DNA of 64,000 bases, from positions 682,001-746,000 of the forward strand of contig CP142731.1 of NCBI GenBank assembly GCA_036630325.1. Direction: 5' to 3'. The DNA comes from Vairimorpha necatrix (Eukaryota). Below the pieces are notes generated by a model, which was not told the origin of the DNA, did not search any database, and was given only the letters and a program-made list of their open reading frames with translations. Below, piece after piece: positions 23,913 to 34,769 of the stretch; within the stretch, counting starts at the first letter, position 1; each line of letters begins with the position of its first letter. Both the position numbers and the translations under genes were made by a program.

Positions 23913-24324
23913 TATGAATAATTAAAAACAATAAAATCTAGAAATGGAAGAAAGAGATGTTATTTTACTAACAAGAAAACTTATATTTAATTATATTTGA
24001 CCTGGGAGAGGTCGGGCATGATACTGATGCTGTATTGTTCCGCTGAACTGAGTCGTGTTCTTAAATGGTGTATTGAGCCAGGCGTTTTCGTTTTTCATCA
24101 GACTCATGAAAGTGGGTCTCTAGTCATATTATGACTAAGGATGTATCCTATGGGAACAAACTTTTCTCCTACAAGCGAGGCCGTTAAGGTATGCTGGCGT
24201 GTAAACGCACTTATTGATGATTTTTTCTTTATTAGTGGAGTTTTTGGTGGCTTGGAGGCTTTTCTTCGTTTTGCTGATTCTGTCTTTTTTTTACAATAAA
24301 CAATTTTATTTTTTTTTTTTTTTT

Positions 24325-24601
24325 TTGAACCCTTTACCCATTCGCAAAGCAATATTAAAAGATCCTCAATAGGCAATTTTGAGTTCTTAAAAACGCTTTG
24401 TTTCATTATGGTTCCTTTGTTAGAACATTTTTTACCATCACGCCTTGAATAACAACGATAGTTTTCAGTGTTGGTCCGATTTTGAGTCATTGGTATATTG
24501 CATTTATTGCACATAGGGACCCTCAAAATGTTTTTTGCAATTAAAAATTGCATTAACTCATTTTTTTTATAGATGAGTTTTCTAAATTCTTTAATTCTCA
24601 T
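24325..24601 (-). pseudogene. Merlin transposase, N-terminal part (Zn ribbon)
   Basis: CNKC...YRC...C, SVFKNSKLP, ends at WVKGS, which is duplicated as the TSD; joins 17864-18537 in frame to give 316 aa. Confidence 0.9.
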
Positions 24602-24776
24602 TATGGGTCAAATTTTTTATTTCTTTTATTTTTTCCCCTTTTTTTATTTTTTCCCCTTTTTTTTATTTTTCCCCCCTTTTTTATTTTTTTTTATTTTTTT
24701 TAGGGGTGGGGGGGGGGGGGGTAAGTCGAGAACTTAACCCAATAAACAATTTTATTTTTTTTTTTTATTTTATTTT

Positions 24777-25610
24777 AGTAGGGTCAGCTATACTCTAGGG
24801 GTGGGAGACCCATTGCTGGTGAGAAGGACACCGTTAACTTTCGAGTAATTCTTCATATTTTTAACCTGGGAGAGGTTGGGCATGATACTGAAGCTGTATT
24901 GTTCCGCTGAACTGAGTCGTGTTCTTAAATGGTGTATTGAACCAGGCGTTGTGTTTTCGTCAGGTCCGCGAAATATGTAGTCAGAGATGACTAAGGATCT
25001 GTTACCTACGGGAACAAATTTTTCTCCTACAAGCGAGGCCGTTGAGGTATGCTGGCGTGTAATCGCAATTATTGATGTTTTTCTGGTTGGTGGAGTTTTT
25101 GGTGGCTTGGTGGCTTTTCTTCGTTTTGCTGATTCTGTTTTTTTACAATAAACAATTTTATTTTTTATTTAGGTGCAGATCTCTAAGTCTTACCAACCTT
25201 TGGCTGCTGGTTGGTAAGTAGGGTCAGCTATACTCTAGGGGTGGGAGACCCATTGCTGGTGAGAAGGACACCGTTAACTTTCGAGTAATTCTTCATATTT
25301 TTAACCTGGGAGAGGTTGGGCATGATTCTGAAGCTGTATTGTTCCGCTGAACTGAATCGTGTTCTTAAATGGTGTATTGAACCAGGCGTTGTGTTTTCGT
25401 CAGGTCCGCGAAATATGTAGTCAGAGATGACTAAGGATCTGTTACCTACGGGAACAAATTTTTCTCCTACAAGCGAGGACGTTGAGGTATGCTGGCGTGT
25501 AATCGCAATTATTGATGTTTTTCTGGTTGGTGGAGTTTTTGGTGGCTTGGTGGCTTTTCTTCGTTTTGCTGATTCTGTCTTTTTTTACAATAAACAATTT
25601 TAAATTTTTT
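24777..25610 (+). mobile_element. Two 5'-truncated ribozyme-SINE units in tandem (24777-25170, 25171-25610)
   Basis: Near-identical to the unit at 17186-17664 minus its 5' end; each ends in AATAAAC plus a T-rich tail. Confidence 0.9.
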
Positions 25611-25709
25611 AATGCAGTTGGAACAGTCGGGATTTAGAAAATGTACACGACAACAATTAATTTATTTAATGAAATTAAATGCGTATAGCAATAAGCAGAT
25701 AATAATCAT

Positions 25710-27422
25710 GTGTTGAAACAATCTTACGACCGAAAACAAGCGCAACAAACCAGGAGCAAGCTCAGTAGAGCAAAAAGTGACCACTTTGGTGGTCCAAACA
25801 ACAATTTAGATACAGAAATGTATTTAAAACAACAAACTAAGCATGTATATGCTAATAAAAGTTTCCCAAGTGTTACTTTCAAAAATGATGGAGAAATGAA
25901 ATATTTTCTCAAGAAAATCAAAATTCTCTCAGAAAGAATTAATAAAAACGACATTTTTGACACGTCAAAAAAAGAAAATAACAAAGATCTTCTTGATATT
26001 AAAAGATACATATCTAGCACTACTGAATTAGTATTGATTCAGCAGACATATTTGGAGCTCTTCCATGATAAGCTAGAAAAACAAAATATCAAATTAAAAA
26101 ATTTGAAAAAAAATAATCTGATGGATGACAGTAATCAAATTACAGAATCAACAAAAAATAAAATTGAGATGATGATAGAGAATCACTCAAAAGAATGTGT
26201 AGAACAAAAGGATAATAACTCCGATGTTCCAAATGATACCAGTAGCGAAACCCTTCAGTTAGCTACTGGAAACAATGATATTTCTAAATTAGAAATCATC
26301 AATGAAGATGTTTTAATTAATGTCAAAAATCTCCCATCTGCTGTCATAAATCTCGTCACTGCTGTCAAAGTAGAAGAACAAGATAAATTGTCAGAAGATG
26401 GCAAAAGAAAATGTATAGATGTTTCAAAGGCATCTACAGATATTATAATTAATAAAAATATTAAACCAAAAGATGGTAAGCTAGATATAGCTTCCATTAA
26501 CAAAAAAGCAGTAGTTAGACATCTGTCAACTATCTCTGCTATTATAGCTGGTAAAAGAAAAGCTCCTAAGAATGGAGTCAAGCTTTTCCATATAAACGAA
26601 GACGGATGGACATCTGTCAAACACACATTCAAGCCTAAAGTCCAGATAGACTTGAAGAAAAACAGAAGTGGTAAAACCACAGATAAAACCAACTTTAATA
26701 GATTTAAATCACTTAAAGTAGAAACTGGTGGCAATGTAAAAGTGCCTAAAAAGATTAATCATGAAGCTGTAAAGAGAAAAGATATCATTCCTAAAAGAGA
26801 TCATGAAAAAAGAAGATTACTAAATCAGAAAATAAATTTTACAAAAAAAACGAAGGACAGAAAAAATGAGAAATGTCAACAAAAAAGAAGGCCAGTTTTA
26901 CCAAAGAAAAACTGGGCCAAAGAGCTAACTGAAGAAGCTCTTATGAAAATTATAAAGGATGGTAGAATTATTTCCAAATGTAAGTTTAGGCTAGCTCTTG
27001 CTTCTGGACTCGGATTGAAAGGGAAACCTCAATCTAGAGACGCTTGGGCAGCCTTAGCTGATGTGGAAAATAAAGATATACCACTTATAAAACAATTTAA
27101 AGACTCGGAAGTAGTACTTCTGATGATTAGAGAACACGTGTGCCAAAAGGTACTAAGCAAGATTAAAGAAAAGTTCGGAGGTTCTAATATCTGCGATGAA
27201 GTTAATTTCTTCATCGACTTTTTGTCTTTAACAAAAACAACTGTTCTAGGAGAGCTGCAAAGACTCTCTGGAACGCATAAAAATTTTGTACCGCTTGTAA
27301 AAGCATGTTGGTACATAACTAAAGAATTAAATAAAGAAAAGCCAAACCATGGTTCTTTCATTTATTTAGAAAATATGATGGGTGAGCCTGCCCGAGAATC
27401 TAAGGACTTTAACAATGAATAA
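25710..27422 (+). CDS. LINE A ORF1 (open frame from GTG; first ATG at 25818)
   Basis: Closely similar to 18554-20227. Confidence 0.78.
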   Translation: MLKQSYDRKQAQQTRSKLSRAKSDHFGGPNNNLDTEMYLKQQTKHVYANKSFPSVTFKNDGEMKYFLKKIKILSERINKNDIFDTSKKENNKDLLDIKRYISSTTELVLIQQTYLELFHDKLEKQNIKLKNLKKNNLMDDSNQITESTKNKIEMMIENHSKECVEQKDNNSDVPNDTSSETLQLATGNNDISKLEIINEDVLINVKNLPSAVINLVTAVKVEEQDKLSEDGKRKCIDVSKASTDIIINKNIKPKDGKLDIASINKKAVVRHLSTISAIIAGKRKAPKNGVKLFHINEDGWTSVKHTFKPKVQIDLKKNRSGKTTDKTNFNRFKSLKVETGGNVKVPKKINHEAVKRKDIIPKRDHEKRRLLNQKINFTKKTKDRKNEKCQQKRRPVLPKKNWAKELTEEALMKIIKDGRIISKCKFRLALASGLGLKGKPQSRDAWAALADVENKDIPLIKQFKDSEVVLLMIREHVCQKVLSKIKEKFGGSNICDEVNFFIDFLSLTKTTVLGELQRLSGTHKNFVPLVKACWYITKELNKEKPNHGSFIYLENMMGEPARESKDFNNE

Positions 27423-30400
27423 AGTATCTTTGTTAAAGTCCTGTTATTATAGGAAATTATTTTCCTATAACAAGAGTGATATTTTCAAATCTCTAAATAA
27501 AAAAACGCATAATCCAATTGGATTTACTCAGATTAAAAATACTTTCCAAACGACAACGAGATTGAATAGTCTCAAGTATTTTTTCATTAGAAAGAATATG
27601 TGGTGGAAGAAAGTACAAGAACAATATTGTATTGTCAAGATACAAAGAATTCCTTATGGAGTGAAAGATCTCCTCAAAGACTTATGTAAGAAGAACTCTC
27701 CTTTGGAGAATTCCATCATTACAGCAAAAAAGTATAGACGAAGAGACACGTCTTTTACAAAAATAATAGTTGAAAAACTATACGCAAATTTATTGATTAA
27801 GACAGTTAAAGCTAAAGGCTTTAAAGTTTTAAATGATAATAGAAAAAAACTAGAGAAATCTAGTAAAGTAAATAAAAAGACCAAAGAGAACATAAAACTC
27901 TTAAGTCTAAACATTAATCATCTCTCTAATAAGAGATTAGAACTTGAGTTTCTTCTTAAGAAGGAGAAACCAGAAATTATGTGTTTACAAGAAACTTGGA
28001 GACAATCTACAAGACCTTTGAAACTTGAAAAATACACTGCAGTTGAAACACCTAGTGGTGGAAAAAATAAACCAGGACTAATAACTCTGATTAGAAATAA
28101 TGGAGCGATCAGATGTTCCAAAAAAGGAACCGACTCAAACATTCTGCAAACTGTAGTTGAGTTTAGTTCCGCAGGCAAATGGATTAAGTATTTAGTCTTA
28201 AATGTCTACATACCACAAGACAAGGATCTCAAGAGGGAGACCTTGGCCAGATTACTTTCTCTTTTAGAAAAAGAGAATTTCAGAAATAACTATAGTGAGA
28301 TCATAGTGATGGGAGATATGAATATGCAGAGTTCTAGTCTCAAGAAAAAATTAAATGTAGTTGGTTTGCCAGTTACAATAAAATATAACAGCAACGATGG
28401 TACAAGGATCCTCAAAGATGGTAAAAGATCTAAGAGGAGAATTGATACCATCTTTCGACTAAAAAGTAATGATAATGAGAAGATCATTATATCCAAGTCT
28501 TGGGTATTAAGTGATCACTTAGTGCTCAAAAGAAAAATTAAACTTGCCGTTGATAAGATCTCAGATCAACTAGTTTATGATAAGAAAATGCTGGAAAATC
28601 CAAAAGTGATTAAAAAGCTTAAAAGGAAGTTGAGTAATCAACAATTAAACATGAATAATCTTCCTGAGATTATTCAAAAAGTTTGTACATCTTTGAAGAT
28701 TTACAAAAAGAGAAGAGTCCATACTGGACTTACAATGAGATGGAGATATTTAAAAGTCTTCAAAGAAAAACGTCTAGCAGCAAGAGCTGTTATGAAAAAT
28801 TACAACGAAATCAACTCAATTAGATTCGAATATCTCAAAAAGAGAGTAGACGAAACTAAAAAGTTGATTCGCAAAGATAGATCGAAACTTTGGGCTTTAA
28901 GAGGAATAAGGCTCTTTAAAAGTAATAGATCCCGAGAATTCTGGCAATGGTGGAAAAATAGAAGTGTCTCCATTCGTTTGGATCAAGTGGCTCTAATTGA
29001 CCACAATAAGATTCTTCAGACTTGCCGAGCAAAGAAGCTAGAAATAGCGAATAAATTTTACGCTGATTTGGCGTCAGAGAATGATATAGATGTCAATGTC
29101 TATGATAAAGTAGATCTTGTTGATCTTCCCCCAGAGATAACAGATGAAGAATTTCTATCCGCACTGAAGAAATGTGGAAATAACAAAGCAGCCGGTCCTG
29201 ATGAGATTCCAACCGAGCTATACAAACACTTACTGACTAGAGCAGTAGAAGATAAATTCTTTAAATTCATGCTACATGAATTTAATAAATATATTTGTGG
29301 AAATAGTCCTCCTGAATACTGGAGCATGGCAAACATGATTTGCCTCCACAAAAAAGGAGATGAGACAGATCTAAATAACTATAGGGGAATATCCTTAATT
29401 AACACAATTAGTAAGATCTATCTCAAGATAATAAATGACAGGTTAACTCAATTTGTCGAAGAACAAGATATACTCTCTAGATACCAAGCAGGATTCCGAG
29501 CAGGTGAAGAGTGTATGAATCAGATTACATCTCTACTAGAAATAGTGAGAAGAAGAGAATTCAGAGGCCTGAACACAATAATGTGTTTCATTGACTTTGA
29601 AAAAGCTTATGATAATGTAAGTCATGACTTATTATTTGAGAAGCTTACAAAACTTAATATCCCATTGTATTTAATCAATACAATAAAGGATATTTATAAA
29701 TATACCACCATGCGTGTGAAAATTGGTGGTGACACGTCAAGTGGCTATAGCTACAGAAAAGGAGTGAGACAAGGGTGCCCTTGTTCTCCAATGCTGTTCA
29801 ATATATTCATCAATGATATTTTTGACGGCATAGAAGGAGTTTTGATCCCAAGGTCAAATACGAGAGTTCCGGGACTGATGTTCGCAGATGATATTGTTGT
29901 CTTCGGAAACAACATTGATGATCTTAATAATAAGATCAATAGAATTTCTAATTGGGCAGTTAATAACAGAATGAAGATTAACTGCTCAAAAAGCGGAGTA
30001 TTAGAATGGGCTGCTCATTCTAACATACAAGAATTCCGAAGTTTGTATTCTCTCAGTACAGACTTTGGTGTGATTGAAGAAGTCACTGAATACAGATATC
30101 TAGGTGTCTTAATTAAAAGAAACACGCTAGAAGAACATTTGGTCAAAGACGCAGCAATGCGTGGCAAGAAAGCCTTAGACGCCTTGATGCCCAAGTTGAT
30201 GAATAATAGCATCAACCTTTACTTCAAGGCGATCTTAATCAAATGTGTACTAGTACCCACACTAATGTATGGTAGTGAACTGTGGGGAATGTCAAGTACA
30301 AGAGCAGGTAAGATTAACAGGATCTTGAGAAAATCTATCAGAATGATATTCAAAAGAGTATTAGTTCCACTAGATAGAGTAATGGACGAGTTCAGTATCG

Positions 30401-31107
30401 AACGAATTCATATACAAGCAGCTCTAAGTAGATTTAGAGCATACAACAAGTGGAAACACAATAAGACAATCATATCGGATATAATCTCAATCAATCCGAA
30501 AGAAAGAAAAACTACCTGGTGTTCAAGAACACAAAGATGGTTAAAACGATTTGTTGGCAACGAATATGAATCAAGTGATAGTAGACTTATCACTACAAAA
30601 ATAATTGATGTACTAAGAAGTCGAAGAACTCTAAATACTTCTTTAGCTGCATCAATAGCAAACCAATATGACATAAGAAATTCACAAATAAAATATGTCA
30701 TGAACAAAATAAACAATAGAAAAATTAGAACATATACTAGATTGAGATGTAATCTAGTAAAGTGGTCCTCAGCAATAGCACATTCAAAAAGAATACCAAT
30801 GAGTTATAGAAACAAATGCTTTTTGTGTGATGGACTACAAGAAAATTTAGAACACTTTCTGCTGGAGTGCGTCTGTTTAACTGACATTAGATCATCTTTT
30901 GAAAATAAACTGCCTCTACTGACTTGTTCAAAAACAAATATCCGAGAAAAAACCAAGCAACTCCTTGGTAATAAAATCGGATTAAGAAACAACCCAGATA
31001 AGATTAAAGAACTCTGTTTTATTATAGATTACTTAGACAAGATGGTTGTCTCTAGAAGAATTATGATTAATAACAAACTGAAGGAGATAACGAAACAAAA
31101 TAATTAA
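27415..31107 (+). CDS. LINE A ORF2 (APE-RT-CCHC)
   Basis: Same motifs and length as copy 1, uninterrupted. Confidence 0.95.
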   Translation: MNKVSLLKSCYYRKLFSYNKSDIFKSLNKKTHNPIGFTQIKNTFQTTTRLNSLKYFFIRKNMWWKKVQEQYCIVKIQRIPYGVKDLLKDLCKKNSPLENSIITAKKYRRRDTSFTKIIVEKLYANLLIKTVKAKGFKVLNDNRKKLEKSSKVNKKTKENIKLLSLNINHLSNKRLELEFLLKKEKPEIMCLQETWRQSTRPLKLEKYTAVETPSGGKNKPGLITLIRNNGAIRCSKKGTDSNILQTVVEFSSAGKWIKYLVLNVYIPQDKDLKRETLARLLSLLEKENFRNNYSEIIVMGDMNMQSSSLKKKLNVVGLPVTIKYNSNDGTRILKDGKRSKRRIDTIFRLKSNDNEKIIISKSWVLSDHLVLKRKIKLAVDKISDQLVYDKKMLENPKVIKKLKRKLSNQQLNMNNLPEIIQKVCTSLKIYKKRRVHTGLTMRWRYLKVFKEKRLAARAVMKNYNEINSIRFEYLKKRVDETKKLIRKDRSKLWALRGIRLFKSNRSREFWQWWKNRSVSIRLDQVALIDHNKILQTCRAKKLEIANKFYADLASENDIDVNVYDKVDLVDLPPEITDEEFLSALKKCGNNKAAGPDEIPTELYKHLLTRAVEDKFFKFMLHEFNKYICGNSPPEYWSMANMICLHKKGDETDLNNYRGISLINTISKIYLKIINDRLTQFVEEQDILSRYQAGFRAGEECMNQITSLLEIVRRREFRGLNTIMCFIDFEKAYDNVSHDLLFEKLTKLNIPLYLINTIKDIYKYTTMRVKIGGDTSSGYSYRKGVRQGCPCSPMLFNIFINDIFDGIEGVLIPRSNTRVPGLMFADDIVVFGNNIDDLNNKINRISNWAVNNRMKINCSKSGVLEWAAHSNIQEFRSLYSLSTDFGVIEEVTEYRYLGVLIKRNTLEEHLVKDAAMRGKKALDALMPKLMNNSINLYFKAILIKCVLVPTLMYGSELWGMSSTRAGKINRILRKSIRMIFKRVLVPLDRVMDEFSIERIHIQAALSRFRAYNKWKHNKTIISDIISINPKERKTTWCSRTQRWLKRFVGNEYESSDSRLITTKIIDVLRSRRTLNTSLAASIANQYDIRNSQIKYVMNKINNRKIRTYTRLRCNLVKWSSAIAHSKRIPMSYRNKCFLCDGLQENLEHFLLECVCLTDIRSSFENKLPLLTCSKTNIREKTKQLLGNKIGLRNNPDKIKELCFIIDYLDKMVVSRRIMINNKLKEITKQNN

Positions 31108-31533
31108 TATAGCTTAATTAAAAAAAATGAAAATCTAGAATTAGAAGAAAGAAGTGTTATATTATTAACAAAAAGACTTATATTTAATTATATTTGACCT
31201 GGGAGAGGTCGGGCATGATACTGATGCTGTATTGTTCCGCTGAACTGAGTCGTGTTCTTAAATGGTGTATTGAGCCAGGCGTTTTCGTTTTTCGTTTTTC
31301 GTTTTTCATTAGACCCGTGAAAGTGGGTCTCTAGTCATATTATGACTAAGGATGTGTCCTATGGGAACAAACTTTTCTCCTACAAGCGAGGCCGTTAAGG
31401 TATGCTGGCGTGTAAACGCAATTATTGATGATTTTTTCTTTATTAGTGGAGTTTTTGGTGGCTTGGAGGCTTTTCTTCGTTTTGCTGATTCTGTCTTTTT
31501 TACAATAAACAATTTTATTTTATTTTTTTTTTT

Positions 31534-34500
31534 ATTTCAGAAATAACTATAGTGAGATCATAGTGATGGGAGATATGAATATGCAGAGTTCTAGTCTCAA
31601 GAAAAAACTAAATGTAGTTGGTTTGCCAGTTACAATAAAATATAACAGCAACGATGGTACAAGGATCCTCAAAGATGGTAAAAGATCTAAGAGGAAAATT
31701 GATACCATCTTTCGACTAAAAAGTAATGATAATGAGAAGATCATTATATCCAAGTCTTGGGTATTAAGTGATCACTTAGTGCTCAAAAGAAAAATTAAAC
31801 TTGCCGTTGATAAGATCTCAGATCAACTAGTTTATGATAAGAAGATGCTGGAAAATCTAAAAGTGATTAAAAAGCTTAAAAGGAAGTTGAGTAATCAACA
31901 ATTAAACATGAATAATCTTCCTGAGATTATTCAAAAAGTTTGTACATCGTTAAAGATTTACAGAAAGAAAAAAGTCCATACTGGACTTACAATGAGATGG
32001 AGATATTTAAAAGTCTTCAAAGAAAGACGTCTAGCAGCAAGAGCTGTTATGAAAAATTACAACGAAATCAACTCAATTAGATTCGAATATCTCAAAAAGA
32101 GAGTAGACGAAACTAAAAAGTTGATTCGCAAAGATAGATCGAAACTTTGGGCTTTAAGAGGAATAAGGCTCTTTAAAAGTAATAGATCCCGAGAATTCTG
32201 GCAATGGTGGAAAAATAGAAGTGTCTCCATTCGTTTGGATCAAGTGGCTCTAATTGACCACAATAAGATTCTTCAGACTTGCCGAGCAAAGAAGCTAGAA
32301 ATAGCGAATAAATTTTACGCTGATTTGGCGTCAGAGAATGATATAGATGTCAATGTCTATGATAAAGTAGATCTTGTTGATCTTCCCCCAGAGATAACAG
32401 ATGAAGAATTTCTATCCGCACTGAAGAAATGTGGAAATAACAAAGCAGCCGGTCCTGATGAGATTCCAACCGAGCTATACAAACACTTACTGACTAGAGC
32501 AGTAGAAGATAAATTCTTTAAATTCATGCTACATGAATTTAATAAATATATTTGTGGAAATAGTCCTCCTGAATACTGGAGCATGGCAAACATGATTTGC
32601 CTCCACAAAAAAGGAGATGAGACAGATCTAAATAACTATAGGGGAATCTCCTTAATTAACACAATTAGTAAGATCTATCTCAAGATAATAAATGACAGGT
32701 TAACTCAATTTGTCGAAGAACAAGATATACTCTCTAGATACCAAGCAGGATTCCGAGCAGGTGAAGAGTGTATGAATCAGATTACATCTCTACTAGAAAT
32801 AGTGAGAAGAAGAGAATTCAGAGGCCTGAACACAATAATGTGTTTTATTGACTTTGAAAAAGCTTATGATAATGTAAGTCATGACTTATTATTTGAGAAG
32901 CTTACAAAACTTAATATCCCATTGTATTTAATCAATACAATAAAGGATATTTATAAATATACCACCATGCGTGTGAAAATTGGTGGTGACACGTCAAGTG
33001 GCTATAGCTACAGAAAAGGAGTGAGACAAGGGTGCCCTTGTTCTCCAATGCTGTTCAATATATTCATCAATGATATTTTTGACGGCATAGAAGGAGTTTT
33101 GATCCCAAGATCAAATACGAGAGTTCCGGGACTGATGTTCGCAGATGATATTGTTGTCTTCGGAAACAACATTGATGATCTTAATAATAAGATCAATAGA
33201 ATTTCTAATTGGGCAGTTAATAACAGAATGAAGATTAACTGCTCAAAAAGCGGAGTATTAGAATGGGCTGCTCATTCTAACATACAAGAATTCCGAAGTT
33301 TGTATTCTCTCAGTACAGACTTTGGTGTGATTGAAGAAGTCACTGAATACAGATATCTAGGTGTCTTAATTAAAAGAAACACGCTAGAAGAACATTTGGT
33401 CAAAGACGCAGCAATGCGTGGCAAGAAAGCCTTAGACGCCTTGATGCCCAAGTTGATGAATAATAGCATCAACCTTTACTTCAAGGCGATCTTAATCAAA
33501 TGTGTACTAGTACCCACACTAATGTATGGTAGTGAACTGTGGGGAATGTCAAGTACAAGAGCAGGTAAGATTAACAGGATCTTGAGAAAATCTATCAGAA
33601 TGATATTCAAAAGAGTATTAGTTCCACTAGATAGAGTAATGGACGAGTTCAGTATCGAACGAATTCATATACAAGCAGCTTTAAGTAGATTTAGAGCATA
33701 CAACAAGTGGAAACACAATAAGACAATCATATCGGATATAATTGCAATAAATCCGAAAGAAAGAAAAACTACCTGGTGTTCAAGAACACAAAGATGGTTA
33801 AAACGATTTGTCGGCGACGAATACGAATCAAGTGATAGTAAATTTATCACTTCAAAAATAATTGATGTACTAAGAAGTCGAAGAACTCTAAATACTTCCT
33901 TAGCTGCATCAATAGCAAACCAATATGACATAAGAAATTCACAAATAAAATATGTCATGAACAAAATAAATAATAGAAAAATTAGAACATATACTAGATT
34001 GAGATGTAATCTAGTAAAGTGGTCCTCAGCAATAGCATATTCAAAAAGAATACCAATGAGTTATAGAAACAAATGCTTTTTGTGTGATGGACCACAAGAA
34101 AATTTAGAACACTTTCTGCTGGAGTGCGTCTGTTTAACTGACATTAGATCATCTTTTGAAAATAAACTGCCTCTACTGACTTGTTCAAAAACAAATATCC
34201 GAGATAAAACCAAGCAACTCCTTGGTAATAAAATCGGACTAAAAAATAACCCAGATAAGATAAAAGAACTTTGTTGCACTATAGAGTTCTTAGATAGAAT
34301 GGTTGTCTCTAGAAGAATTATGATTAATAACAAACTGAAGGAGATAACGAAACAAAATAATTAATATAGCTTAATTAAAAAAAATGAAGATCTAGAATTA
34401 GAAGAAAGAAGTGTTATATTATTAACAAAAAGACTTATATTTATTTATATTTGACCTGGGAGAGGTCGGGCATGATACTGATGCTGTATTGTTCCGCTGA

Positions 34501-34769
34501 ACTGAGTCGTGTTCTTAAATGGTGTATTGAGCCAGGCGTTTTCGTTTTTCATCAGACCCATGAAAGTGGGTCTCTAGTCATATTATGACTAAGGATGTAT
34601 CCTATGGGAACAAACTTTTCTCCTACAAGCGAGGCCGTTAAGGTATGCTGGCGTGTAAACGCAATTATTGATGATTTTCTGGTTGGTGGAGTTTTTGGTG
34701 GCTTGGTGGCTTTTCTTCGTTTTGCTGATTCTGTCTTTTTACAATAAACATTTTTATTTTTATTTATTT
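31534..34769 (+). mobile_element. LINE family A, copy 3, 5'-truncated inside the endonuclease (ORF 31563-34364)
   Basis: Starts at ATTTCAGAAATAAC directly after the copy 2 tail; RT and CCHC intact; T-rich tail. Confidence 0.93.

Larger units (their letters stand above)
18554..24324 (+). mobile_element. LINE family A, copy 1 (ORF1 and ORF2 intact, T-rich tail)
   Basis: Flanked by TSD (TT)GAACCCTTTACCCA at 18538-18553 and 24325-24340; ends AATAAACAATTTTA(T)n. Confidence 0.95.
17665..24739 (-). mobile_element. Merlin (IS1595/ISXO2-like) DNA transposon interrupted by LINE A copy 1
   Basis: TIRs GGTTAAGTTCTCGACTTACCCC...; 8-bp TSD CAATAAAC (17657-17664, 24740-24747); subterminal A/G-run repeats. 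Confidence 0.93.
25611..31533 (+). mobile_element. LINE family A, copy 2 (longest 5' end)
   Basis: Begins right after a SINE tail; ORF1 and ORF2 intact; shared 3'UTR and T-rich tail. Confidence 0.93.

Noticed and set aside
24075-24110. Minus-strand CTGATGA-AAAAC-GAAA resembling a hammerhead core in the LINE A 3'UTR
   Set aside because: No stem II pair, no convincing stems I/III, and the motif is not kept in other copies (TTTTCG slippage repeat at 31281-31310).
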